NCBI GenBank assembly: GCA_910576955.1
Contig: CAJTJB010000001.1
Span: 238,739-302,738, forward strand
Source: an uncultured Alphaproteobacteria bacterium
GTDB taxonomy: Bacteria; Pseudomonadota; Alphaproteobacteria; RF32; CAG-239
Direction: 5' to 3'
Length of the DNA stretch: 64,000 nt
Both the position numbers and the translations under genes were made by a program. Positions 28,663 through 38,963 of this stretch are shown here, in pieces. The notes beneath the pieces were generated by a model. The model worked only from the letters and a program-made list of their open reading frames with translations, did no database searches and was not told where the DNA came from. The stretch's first letter is position 1; every line of letters begins with the position of its first letter.

Positions 28663-31224
28663 GTGTTTTCAATCGTTTTTTTAGGAGAAAAAACCGTGGT
28701 TAGCCGCAGAAAAGTGAAAAAAGCCGAAAAGATGCAACGCAAAAATCAAGGCATGACGCTTGAGGAAGCATACAAGATTCTTGACACTGCGCCCTCCCTT
28801 GTCAGCAACAGCGTTTACGAAGAAGCTTTAAAAGTGATGGAACGTGAAGATGCCGGATTTGCTGCTGAAATCAGAGCCTTTAATGAAGCCAAAGCTAAAG
28901 AAGATGCCCTCCGCGTTGCTTATGAAATTGCGGGCGGCTACAAAACCAATGTCATCAGTAAAAAGCGTTTTGAAAATGCAATAAAACTCGTAACGGCTGA
29001 TGATCCGGAATTTGCCAGAACATTGCAAGCCCTTTCCGAAAACGGTATGAGTTTTAAAGATGCTGACAGCGAACATCTTGCACAAGCCGAACAAACAGTG
29101 ATACAAAATGCGCAACTTCTTGAAAAAGAATATCGCAACAGTGAGCAGTTAAAACAAGAGGTCTTTACGGACGATGTTCGCGAATTGATGAACAATACCG
29201 TTGTTGAGGGCGTTTCTCAAGAAGATGCGGAACAAATCATTTTTGTAACCGGTCAGCAAGATGCCCTTCAGGAAATTGCGGAACGTGCTGATTTAGAAAA
29301 TGTTTCCGACGATGAAAAACACCAGATTGTGGTGGATACGCTTCAAGATGCCGTCAGAGGCAATTTGCTTCGTAGCCGTGCGGAAAATACGCCGTTGCGC
29401 GATGCCGTAAATTCTTCGAAAAAAGTTAAAGTTTCTTCTAACTCTGTTTTCAGCGCTTTCAAACAAGCCGCACAGCGTGCAAACGCTTATTTAAAAGACT
29501 TGGGCAGAAGAGGATGGAAAAAAGCTGCCGCTTTATTTAACAGGGCTAAAACTTTTGTTTGCGAGCACCCGAAGACAACTTTGGCTTCCACAGCGTTTAT
29601 TCTGGCGGCAAGTTCTTTGGTTGTCGGTTACTCTGACAAAGATTCGCATAAAAACCAAGATCAAATGCCCACGGAGCAGAAAACCGTTGTTTTGAATGAC
29701 ACGACAAAAACATCGGCGGCGATTGTTTCCGACACAATCCGTTCAGACAGCATTCCGGTTTTGGAGGTTGCTCCAGTTGCACAATCCGCCGTTGCTGATA
29801 CAACCCGCACTACTACCCTTAAATCGGTTACCCAAAACGCAACAAAAGCAACCGTTAAAAAAGGTGCAACAGTAAACGCCGTTAAAGCAAGTGCGATTGA
29901 AGATAATTTTGAGATTGTTGCAAAAGCCGACACAGCAGCTGTTGAAGATGATTTTGAGATTGTTACAAAGGCTGATACAGCAGCTGTTGAAGATGATTTC
30001 GAGATTGTTACAAAGGCTGGCAAAGCAGCTGTGGAAGATGATTTCGAGATTGTTGCAACAGCGGATGATTTCGAAATTACGACAGACAATCCGACAGTAC
30101 AAGCTGACAGCATTGTAAATAAAGTTGTTTTAGACCACGATTCCATTCCGGCGGGCACACCGTCTGCAATGTATACTGCCGAACGCGGCGGCGTGGATGG
30201 ATCCGGCTTATCTTCAGACGCTCTGAAAAAAGACCAAAAATGGTATGACAATACTTTTTATAAAGGGGCATATCAAGATTTTGTTGAGTTGCTTCGTAAA
30301 GATGAAAACCTTTATCTCTTTAATAAAGGAAACGTCGGCGAAGGCGTTACTCCGGAGATTTTGCTGCATAAACATGCTGCACAGGCAAGATGGGGAAATG
30401 ACAAATATGGCGAATTTGCAACAACAATTACTGCTATGAACCAGTTTTTAAACGGTTGCGTAGAACAGCTTGATGTTACAAAGGCCGAACAGATTAAAGC
30501 CGTTATGGACAGAGTAAACACAGACGGAACTATTGATGGCGTTGTCGGCAAACAAAATGTTCGCAATCTTTCCATTAAATACAACGGTTGCGGCGAAACC
30601 ATGACATATGACGCTACTTATTCGGCAGATCCGGTCAGACCGACAAATCCGTCAGGCGAGAAATATCAGAGATTGTATATGATGTCTGATACTATTCGCA
30701 GAAAAGCAGAGCCCATAACCGTGACATACGAATATTCAACGCAGCTCCCGCAACAGCAGGTTCAAATCAGCGTTGCCGAATATCGCGGAAACCACGAAAA
30801 GGGACAAGGCTTAACCGATGGCAAGAAAATCAGAGACCTGTCGGCAGATGTTGTTGATTCGTTATCTGTTACAGACAGACAAATTGCATCTTACCAATCA
30901 GAGCAATCTGTTGACCAGCAAGCTCCAAACGGCAACATCAACGAGTTGAAAGGAAACTTTGCTTCCGGCGAGGGCTTAAATGCCGGCGTGGTGGTTGATA
31001 CGCATAAAGAGGTATCCGTATCCGTAAATGACAGGCAGATTAACTCTAATCAGGAAGACAATTTTGAAATCGTAACCGCAGACAAGCGTTCTCATGCCAA
31101 CACTCCGGGTAAAGCCAAGAAAGGCGGTGTTAAGAAGAAAAGCAAAAAACAAATCGAACAAGAAGCGTTAGATATGGCGCGAGCAGATTATTTCCGTATA
31201 AGAATGCAATCTTCTAATAACTGA
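28663..31224 (+). CDS. Large hypothetical protein (about 840 aa) with one internal hydrophobic segment and tandem acidic EDDFEIV(A/T)KA(D/G)TAAV repeats; effector-like
   Basis: No N-terminal signal peptide. An alternative GTG start at 28696 lies 7 nt after AGGAG. One TM-like stretch (TLASTAFILAASSLVVGYS) is present. A 45-bp tandem repeat array lies at 29900-30085, and a further EDNFEIV occurs near 31060. It has its own promoter and terminator. Confidence 0.75.
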   Translation: MFSIVFLGEKTVVSRRKVKKAEKMQRKNQGMTLEEAYKILDTAPSLVSNSVYEEALKVMEREDAGFAAEIRAFNEAKAKEDALRVAYEIAGGYKTNVISKKRFENAIKLVTADDPEFARTLQALSENGMSFKDADSEHLAQAEQTVIQNAQLLEKEYRNSEQLKQEVFTDDVRELMNNTVVEGVSQEDAEQIIFVTGQQDALQEIAERADLENVSDDEKHQIVVDTLQDAVRGNLLRSRAENTPLRDAVNSSKKVKVSSNSVFSAFKQAAQRANAYLKDLGRRGWKKAAALFNRAKTFVCEHPKTTLASTAFILAASSLVVGYSDKDSHKNQDQMPTEQKTVVLNDTTKTSAAIVSDTIRSDSIPVLEVAPVAQSAVADTTRTTTLKSVTQNATKATVKKGATVNAVKASAIEDNFEIVAKADTAAVEDDFEIVTKADTAAVEDDFEIVTKAGKAAVEDDFEIVATADDFEITTDNPTVQADSIVNKVVLDHDSIPAGTPSAMYTAERGGVDGSGLSSDALKKDQKWYDNTFYKGAYQDFVELLRKDENLYLFNKGNVGEGVTPEILLHKHAAQARWGNDKYGEFATTITAMNQFLNGCVEQLDVTKAEQIKAVMDRVNTDGTIDGVVGKQNVRNLSIKYNGCGETMTYDATYSADPVRPTNPSGEKYQRLYMMSDTIRRKAEPITVTYEYSTQLPQQQVQISVAEYRGNHEKGQGLTDGKKIRDLSADVVDSLSVTDRQIASYQSEQSVDQQAPNGNINELKGNFASGEGLNAGVVVDTHKEVSVSVNDRQINSNQEDNFEIVTADKRSHANTPGKAKKGGVKKKSKKQIEQEALDMARADYFRIRMQSSNN
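29900..30085 (+). repeat. Imperfect 45-bp tandem repeat, about 4.1 copies, in-frame and coding
   Basis: Units gaagat(a/g)at tt(t/c)gagattgtt(g/a)caaa(a/g)gc(c/t)g(a/g)cacagcagctgtt encode (A)VEDDFEIVTKADTAAV. The last copy is truncated (DDFEITT). Confidence 0.85.
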
Positions 31225-31229
31225 CAGTT

Positions 31230-31264
31230 ATCCCGCCTGAAAATCAGGCGGGATTTTCTTTTTT
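31230..31264 (+). terminator. Intrinsic terminator after the repeat-protein gene
   Basis: Stem ATCCCGCCTGA, loop AAA, stem TCAGGCGGGAT, then TTTCTTTTTT. Confidence 0.8.
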
Positions 31265-31322
31265 AAACCTCTTTTTCTTGGGGATAACTTTCCCCAACCT
31301 GACAAGAGTATATAAAATTTAG

Positions 31323-32426
<1,104 letters not shown>

Positions 32427-32520
32427 TAGTTTAGCTCTCCCCGTCGTTTTATTGACGCAAGTTACTGTGTTGCGTTGATATTAGCGGCGGGGATTGTTTT
32501 TTATTTAAGGAATACTAAAA

Positions 32521-33732
32521 ATGACAGAATATAAAACAATTAAAGATTTGGGCGATTTGAACGGCAAAGTTGTTATGCTGCGCGCTGACTTGAACGTGCC
32601 CATGGATGAAAATTTTAATGTGACTAACACCGCGCGTATTGACCGCACGGTTCCGACTATTAAAACTTTGATGGACAAAGGCGCTAAAGTTGTGGTTATT
32701 TCTCACTTCGGACGTCCGGAAGGCAAAGGCGATATGAAAAACTCGCTGTCGCACATCGTTAAAGATTTGGAAAAAGCTTTGGGCAAGCACGTTGTATTTG
32801 TGGATGACTGCATCGGCGAAAAGGTTGAAAATGCAGTTAAAAATATGAAAGCAGACGAAGTTTTGCTGCTGGAAAACCTGCGCTTTTACAACGAAGAGAA
32901 AAAAGGCGATGAAGGTTTTGCCAAAGAATTGGTTAAACCTGCGGATGTTTATGTTTCCGACGCATTTTCTACTGCGCACCGCGCACACGCCTCTATGGTT
33001 GCGGCGGCAAAATTGCTCCCGTCTGCGATGGGTTTGCTGATGGAAGAAGAAGTTAACGCACTTTCTACCGGTTTGAACAATCCGGTTCGTCCGTTAATTG
33101 CTATTGTCGGCGGCTCTAAAGTTTCCACAAAATTGGACCTGTTAAACAATTTGGTTAAAAAGGTTGATAAGCTGGTTATTTCCGGCGGTATGGCACATAC
33201 GTTTATGAAAGCCAGCGGCATTGACACCATCAACGAGGCAAACTCTTTGGTGCAGATGGATATGCTGGACACTGCCAAAGAAATTATGGCAACAGCAAAA
33301 GCAAACAATTGCGAAATCGTTTTGCCGGTTGATGTGGTTGTTTCTAAAGAATTTAAGCCGATGGCAGAGCATAAGACCGTTGCTCTTGCAGATATTCCGG
33401 CAGAAGGCTGGAGCTTGTTGGATGTGGGCGAAAAGACGATTGCCGCTATCAATGCCAAGCTTGATGAATGCAAAACTTTGGTTTGGAACGGACCTTTGGG
33501 CGTGTTTGAAATGAAGCCGTTTGACAATGCAACCAACAAAGTAGCTCAACACGCGGCAGAATTAACCCAAGCCGGCAAGCTGACTTCTGTTGCCGGTGGC
33601 GGTGACACTGTTTCCGCACTGGAGAATGCGGGCGTTGCCAATAAATTTACATATATCTCCACCGCTGGCGGCGCTTTCCTTGAATGGATGGAAGGCAAAG
33701 AGCTTCCGGGTGTTGCGGTTATGAAAAAATAA
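32521..33732 (+). CDS. pgk: Phosphoglycerate kinase
   Basis: 403 aa with RADLNVP, ISHFGRPEG and GGGDT motifs. Immediately downstream of gap (conserved gap-pgk order). Confidence 0.95.
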   Translation: MTEYKTIKDLGDLNGKVVMLRADLNVPMDENFNVTNTARIDRTVPTIKTLMDKGAKVVVISHFGRPEGKGDMKNSLSHIVKDLEKALGKHVVFVDDCIGEKVENAVKNMKADEVLLLENLRFYNEEKKGDEGFAKELVKPADVYVSDAFSTAHRAHASMVAAAKLLPSAMGLLMEEEVNALSTGLNNPVRPLIAIVGGSKVSTKLDLLNNLVKKVDKLVISGGMAHTFMKASGIDTINEANSLVQMDMLDTAKEIMATAKANNCEIVLPVDVVVSKEFKPMAEHKTVALADIPAEGWSLLDVGEKTIAAINAKLDECKTLVWNGPLGVFEMKPFDNATNKVAQHAAELTQAGKLTSVAGGGDTVSALENAGVANKFTYISTAGGAFLEWMEGKELPGVAVMKK

Positions 33733-33750
33733 CTTCAATATATTTAAATA

Positions 33751-33783
33751 GCGAGAGGGTGCAAAAGCGCCCTCTTTTTTTGT
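33751..33783 (+). terminator. Intrinsic terminator after pgk
   Basis: Stem GCGAGAGGGTGC, loop AAAA, stem GCGCCCTC, then T8. Confidence 0.75.
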
Positions 33784-34128
33784 TTGCCATTATAAGCAAG
33801 GGATAACCGCTATTTTTGAGGCGGAAAAATATTATTATCTTAAAAAATTATTTGATAATGCAGAAAATCAATGAAAAGAATCAGCGAGATTCAAAAGGAA
33901 CGTTCTCAAATTATTAATGACTTCATTGAAACATTAGGAGGCAATCCTTAACTTTACTAAAACGGCTTGTAACAAAGTCGTTTTTTGTTTTCCATTACCA
34001 TAGTTATATTTTGAAATATTATGTTATATAAAAAGTTATATAAATTTATTGTTTATTAAGATTTCCCCCTATACACTTCGGTTATAACACAACGTGTTAT
34101 ATTTTGTAACTAAACAGAGGAGGCTATT

Positions 34129-34890
34129 ATGACCTACAAAACTATGTTATTAACCACAGCTGCAGTTTTATTTGCTTCACAGGCGATGGCGGCGGATTTG
34201 ACCAATCCGTTTTATGTGCCGAATGAAGGACAGCTTGTTTCGACCACAAATGCCGGATATTACAGAGCTAAAGCGAAACACGATGCTGGCGTTCTTGAAG
34301 GATATTACGCAGCGGAAACATTGGAATACGGTCTTAATAATAATTTCAGCATTAACGGCACATTAGCCAATATGTTTGATACGCAGGGCGTATATAACAA
34401 CGACCACAACTTCGCTTATCAGCTTGGGGCGAAATACAATACACGCAATGATAATGTTTTGCTGCAAGCAAGTGTTAATTATGCAACACTTGACCCGCAG
34501 TCGTTTGTCGGGCGCGCCGCATCTAATAAATGGTACAAACGTTTGGATGGCGAAGTTAAGCTCGGGTATGATATGGGCAACGGGCTGACCCCGTACGCAT
34601 CATACGCTTTCGGCAGTGAAATTGATGCGGCAGACAGAGAATTGACACAATCCGCATCTGTCGGCGTTCATAAATATGCCGGCAAATATGCACTTGATTT
34701 GGCAGTTCGGTATGACTTTGTTACTGATGGCAAAAACACCAATGAATGGTGGGCAGATGCCGCGGTTGACTACTACCTGAAAGATAATGTAGCATTGGGC
34801 GTTTACGGTTCGTACTTTCTGGACGGTTCGTACAGCAAAAACGTTGACTACGCATACGATGCGGGGCTGCGTTTAAAAGTGTTATTCTAA
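34129..34890 (+). CDS. Small outer-membrane beta-barrel protein (OmpW/OmpA-like porin family)
   Basis: Signal peptide MTYKTMLLTTAAVLFASQAMA. Alternating hydrophobic/aromatic beta-strand pattern with a C-terminal ...LRLKVLF (terminal Phe). Confidence 0.65.
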   Translation: MTYKTMLLTTAAVLFASQAMAADLTNPFYVPNEGQLVSTTNAGYYRAKAKHDAGVLEGYYAAETLEYGLNNNFSINGTLANMFDTQGVYNNDHNFAYQLGAKYNTRNDNVLLQASVNYATLDPQSFVGRAASNKWYKRLDGEVKLGYDMGNGLTPYASYAFGSEIDAADRELTQSASVGVHKYAGKYALDLAVRYDFVTDGKNTNEWWADAAVDYYLKDNVALGVYGSYFLDGSYSKNVDYAYDAGLRLKVLF

Positions 34891-34911
34891 AAAAATACAC
34901 ACACCGTTGTT

Positions 34912-34940
34912 GAGCGAGAGGGCTTTACAGCCCTCTTTTT
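34912..34940 (+). terminator. Intrinsic terminator after the OMP gene
   Basis: Stem GAGAGGGCT, loop TTAC, stem AGCCCTCT, then TTTTTG. It shares the GCGAGAGGG...CCCTCTTTTT core with the pgk terminator. Confidence 0.7.
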
Positions 34941-35103
34941 GTTGCTATCGGCAAAATTTCAGGGTATCAACTTTCTAGATTATATCAGAATTTCCGATAA
35001 ACGCGTTTTAATCAACACCCTTTTTCCTTATCATTGCAAAATATTTAATTCTCTGATATATAGCAAGGTATTACATGGTTATTATGAGATAAGGAGAAAA
35101 ACT

Positions 35104-36669
35104 ATGGGAAAAACTGCAATCATTATCGGCGCAGGGCCGGCAGGGCTTACGGCAGCTTATGAGCTGCTAAACCGGTCTGATATTACCCCGATTATTTTAG
35201 AAGAAAATGACTTTGTAGGCGGTATCAGCGCTACGCTTGACTATAAAAACAATAAAATTGATATGGGCGGGCACAGATTTTTTTCAAAGTCCGAACGGGT
35301 GATGAACTGGTGGCTGGATATTTTGCCGCTGCAGGGCAAGCCCTCAAAAGACGACATCATTTTGAAAAGGGAAGTTGAGTTATCCAAACTTAAAGGTGCG
35401 CCCGATCCCGAAAAAACAGACAGGGTTATGCTTAAAAGGAATCGGCTCTCACGCATTTATTACCTCAAAACATTTTTCAGCTATCCGGTCAGCCTGAATA
35501 TGGAAACAATTAAAGGACTCGGATTGTGGCGGATGTTTAAAATCGGCTGCTCGTATATGAAAGCGCTGGCGTTTCCGATTAAAAACGAAAAATCTTTGCA
35601 AGATTTTATGATTAACCGTTTCGGAAAAGAGCTTTATCTGACCTTTTTCAAAGACTATACGGAGAAGCTGTGGGGTATCGACTGCGATAAAATTTCCGCC
35701 GAATGGGGGGCGCAGAGAATTAAGGGGATTTCCATCTTAAAAGTCTTAAAGCAGATGGCTCAAAACCTCACCGGAAAGAAAGGCGGCGCGGTTGAAACCA
35801 GTTTTATTGAGAGCTTTTTCTACCCAAAGTATGGTCCGGGGCATATGTGGCAAAGCGTTGCCGAAGAAGTACGGAAAAAAGGCGGCAAAATTATTTTTGG
35901 GCAGAAAGTGACGGGGATTACCCGCAAAAACTTTAAGATTTCTGCCGTTGAAACCACGGATAAAAACGGCAAAACGACGGTTTATGAGGGGGATATATTC
36001 ATCTCGACAATGCCGGTTAAAGACTTAATCGAATCGATGAATAACGTTCCGCACGAGATTAAAAAAGTTGCGGGCGGATTAATGTATCGCGATTTCAGAG
36101 TGGTGGGCGTGCTTTTGGACAAGCTTAAGCTTAAAAACACCACCGCGATTAAAACGATTAACAACATTGTGCCGGATACTTGGATTTATGTGCAGGAGCG
36201 AGAAGTTAAGCTTGGGCGGATTCAGGTGTTTAACAACTGGAGTCCGTATTTGGTCAATGACTTCCAAAACACTGTTTGGATTGGTTTAGAATATTTTTGC
36301 AACGAGCAAGATAACATCTGGACTGATGACGACAAAACGTTTATCAAATTTGCCGTGGAAGAGGCTGACAAAATCGGTATTTTTGATAAAAAAGACGTGT
36401 TGGATGCGTATACCGCCCGTGTTAAAAAAGCATATCCGGCATATTTCGGCACATATGACCGTTTTGATGAGATTAAGCGGTTTGTTGATAAATTCAGCAA
36501 CCTTTATCTGGTTGGCAGAAACGGTATGCATCGCTATAACAATATGGATCACTCCACTTTGGCAGCGATGAAAGCGGTTGACTGCATTTTGGGCGAATGC
36601 AAAGACAAAAACGAGATTTGGTCGGTCAACACCGAATCGGATTATCACGAAGAAAAACAGGCAAACTGA
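35104..36669 (+). CDS. NAD(P)/FAD-dependent oxidoreductase (amine-oxidase / protoporphyrinogen-oxidase-like Rossmann family); substrate unknown
   Basis: [21 protein letters not shown] is a GxGxxG dinucleotide-binding motif directly after an AAGGAG ribosome-binding site. About 521 aa. The track start at 34939 is an upstream extension. Confidence 0.7.
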   Translation: MGKTAIIIGAGPAGLTAAYELLNRSDITPIILEENDFVGGISATLDYKNNKIDMGGHRFFSKSERVMNWWLDILPLQGKPSKDDIILKREVELSKLKGAPDPEKTDRVMLKRNRLSRIYYLKTFFSYPVSLNMETIKGLGLWRMFKIGCSYMKALAFPIKNEKSLQDFMINRFGKELYLTFFKDYTEKLWGIDCDKISAEWGAQRIKGISILKVLKQMAQNLTGKKGGAVETSFIESFFYPKYGPGHMWQSVAEEVRKKGGKIIFGQKVTGITRKNFKISAVETTDKNGKTTVYEGDIFISTMPVKDLIESMNNVPHEIKKVAGGLMYRDFRVVGVLLDKLKLKNTTAIKTINNIVPDTWIYVQEREVKLGRIQVFNNWSPYLVNDFQNTVWIGLEYFCNEQDNIWTDDDKTFIKFAVEEADKIGIFDKKDVLDAYTARVKKAYPAYFGTYDRFDEIKRFVDKFSNLYLVGRNGMHRYNNMDHSTLAAMKAVDCILGECKDKNEIWSVNTESDYHEEKQAN

Positions 36670-36671
36670 TT

Positions 36672-38126
36672 ATGCGCAAATTTATAGAGCAGCAGTTATT
36701 TGAATTTGATACTTCGGCATTGGTGCGGATTTTGAAGATTCTTTCAGCTGCTGCTTTGTTGGTGATATTATATGCGTTTGTGTTCTCGGGCTTTCAGGTT
36801 GTGGATGAATTTGAGCACCTGCACGCTGCTTGGCTGGTGAGCATCGGGAAAGTACCGTATGCGGATTTTTTTGAGCACCATAATCCGCTGTTGTGGTATT
36901 TGAGCGCACCGATTGTCAGTGCGTTTTATGATAATGTCAGCATCTTCTATGTGATGCGCGGCATAAGCTTTCTCTGCTCGGCACTGACTGTTTGGTACAT
37001 ATATCGAATCGCAATGTTTTTCGAGAGCCGCGCTGGTGCGTGGCTTGCTGTGGCGCTGACGCTTTGCAACATTATCACCGTTTATAATTTTTCGCAATTT
37101 CGACCAGATAATTATATGAACCTTTGCTTTATTATCGGGGTTTATTACTGGTTTTGTTATTTACGGTCGAATCGGACCTTGGATTTAATATATTCATTTT
37201 TGGCATTTACGTTTTCAGCGCTTTTTTTGCAAAAAATATCCCTTTTGCTCATCGGGGTTGAAGGAATTATGCTGTTTCTTATTTATAAAAAGAAAATGCC
37301 ACTCAAAGCTGCAACGCTTGCTGCATTGCCTGCAATCGGCGTGATGTTTTTGTTTATCGGCTTTATATATTCCCAAGGTGCGCTGTTAGAATATATCGAG
37401 CTCAATATCAACTTTAACCAAGCGATGGTGAGTTATTTTGAGCGTGGCGCGTTTTGGTATCGGAATTATTATTTCAGCCTTTACGGGGGAGCACTTATTG
37501 CCGCGATATATTTGTTTAATAAAGAAAATATGTATTATAAAATATTGGCGGCAATTTATGTGATGGAATTTATAATGCGCGGATTTTATTTTGCACCGCA
37601 CCCAAACTATTACACCTTGTTGACAATGCTTGCGGCATTGGTGCTTTCTACCATTACCAAGCGGATTATGCCCGGGCATAAGATAATTTGCATTGTCGGC
37701 GTTTTCGGTCTGTTTTTGTATCTGGGAAGTATTTTTAACCAAACGGACAGCACTTCCGCTCGGCATAACAGTTATAACCATTACAAACTTGCGGAATATG
37801 TCCATGAAAACTCCGATAAAACCGATTTGCTGATGAATGGATATGACAAGAACTTCAATATTTACCGGCGCGATGTCAGCTATTATTGGTTCGGGCTTGA
37901 TATGCTGCTGCCAGTAATGGAAAAGGAATATGGGACAAACAATAAAATTGATGTTAACGCTTTGGTTTTGCAAAACCGTCCGAAATTTATCTATACGAAA
38001 GATTATGTAGATTTACAAGCATTGCGAACATACGGCGAGCGCAAATATTCGCAGAAATTCATTCCGGAAATTATCAACACGCTTTACCGACCGACACCCT
38101 TTGAAAATCTGGTTGTTTTAAAATAA
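36672..38126 (+). CDS. GT-C fold membrane glycosyltransferase (ArnT/PMT, GT39/83-like)
   Basis: About 11 TM helices. The first loop has ...DEFEHLHAAWLVSIGKVPYADFFEHHNPLLWYL, resembling the DE...KPPL motif of the ArnT/PMT family. The ATG at 36672 is 2 nt after the oxidoreductase stop (TGAttATG coupling). Confidence 0.6.
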   Translation: MRKFIEQQLFEFDTSALVRILKILSAAALLVILYAFVFSGFQVVDEFEHLHAAWLVSIGKVPYADFFEHHNPLLWYLSAPIVSAFYDNVSIFYVMRGISFLCSALTVWYIYRIAMFFESRAGAWLAVALTLCNIITVYNFSQFRPDNYMNLCFIIGVYYWFCYLRSNRTLDLIYSFLAFTFSALFLQKISLLLIGVEGIMLFLIYKKKMPLKAATLAALPAIGVMFLFIGFIYSQGALLEYIELNINFNQAMVSYFERGAFWYRNYYFSLYGGALIAAIYLFNKENMYYKILAAIYVMEFIMRGFYFAPHPNYYTLLTMLAALVLSTITKRIMPGHKIICIVGVFGLFLYLGSIFNQTDSTSARHNSYNHYKLAEYVHENSDKTDLLMNGYDKNFNIYRRDVSYYWFGLDMLLPVMEKEYGTNNKIDVNALVLQNRPKFIYTKDYVDLQALRTYGERKYSQKFIPEIINTLYRPTPFENLVVLK

Positions 38127-38184
38127 TTTATGTTTTTTTAATGTTTTTTTGTTATTCTTTATACATTAGAAATTTGGGATTTTA

Positions 38185-38844
38185 TTGATGCGGAAACTGT
38201 TTAGAATTATTTGTTTTTGCTTGTTGGGATTGGCAAAACTCGCTGTTGCCGACGAGGTTGCCGTGAGCAGTACGGACGCCCGCGACTGGACAAACAGCAA
38301 AGGAAAGGAACTGTTGCAAACGCTGGCAGAACCTGATTTGATTGTCAAATATTCAAAGCTTGACAAGATGATGACGGAATATGTGAATCTCGACTATGTT
38401 GCAAAATTTGTTATCGGGAAATACGGCAAAATTATGACACCCGAGCAAAAAGAACGTTATCGAGGGCTGTTTCAGCGCTATGTTTTGAGCTTGTATAAAC
38501 AATTTAATCTCAATATTGAAGAGGGAAGCATTAAATTTTCAATAGACAGCGTAACCGAACACCCGCGATTTACAACTGTCCAATGTACGGTTGACCCGGG
38601 GGATGTTTTGAAAAATATCAAAATTGAGAAAATTCCGGTCAAATTTAAGCTGATACGCGGCGTCAGCGATACTATCCAAGCCGTGGATCTGGAAATCTCC
38701 GAGGTCAGCATGGTGATTGAATACCGCAAGCGCTTTTATCAGATGATTAAAGAAGAGGAAGAGGATATCAACTGGTTTTTAGACCGTTTTGATGACAAAG
38801 TCCGAGCCAATGAGAAAGCCTTTTTGCAAAAAGCCGAGATTTAA
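38185..38844 (+). CDS. MlaC/Ttg2D-like periplasmic phospholipid-binding protein
   Basis: Signal peptide, then ...LDKMMTEYVNLDYVAKFVIGKYGKIMTPEQKERYRGLFQRYVLSLY, a MlaC family-like pattern. 219 aa. Confidence 0.55.
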   Translation: MMRKLFRIICFCLLGLAKLAVADEVAVSSTDARDWTNSKGKELLQTLAEPDLIVKYSKLDKMMTEYVNLDYVAKFVIGKYGKIMTPEQKERYRGLFQRYVLSLYKQFNLNIEEGSIKFSIDSVTEHPRFTTVQCTVDPGDVLKNIKIEKIPVKFKLIRGVSDTIQAVDLEISEVSMVIEYRKRFYQMIKEEEEDINWFLDRFDDKVRANEKAFLQKAEI

Positions 38845-38963
38845 CATCCGGCTTTTTTGTTTTAGTTTGCTGAAAATTTTAAAAATGCGTTGTAATTTTT
38901 TTTCAGTATGGTAACTTATGTATAATTTTAGAATCGGTAATTTAAGGCATAAGGATAAGAACG

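Noticed and set aside
29900-30085. The 45-bp tandem repeats considered as a possible CRISPR or minisatellite
   Set aside because: The units are contiguous with no spacers, in-frame and diverged at the protein level. No cas genes are present. This is a coding repeat.
29661-30251. 196-aa minus-strand Ser/Thr/Ala-rich ORF antisense to the EDDFEIV repeat array
   Set aside because: It is the mirror image of the coding tandem repeats and sits wholly within a gene that has its own promoter and terminator.
32949-33552. Minus-strand ORFs of 196 and 136 aa within pgk
   Set aside because: Antisense shadow ORFs; pgk is unambiguous.
33871-33954. 27-codon ORF (MKRISEIQKERSQIINDFIETLGGNP) in the pgk-OMP intergenic region
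   Set aside because: No Shine-Dalgarno sequence and no similarity recognised. It is more likely chance in an AT-rich promoter region.
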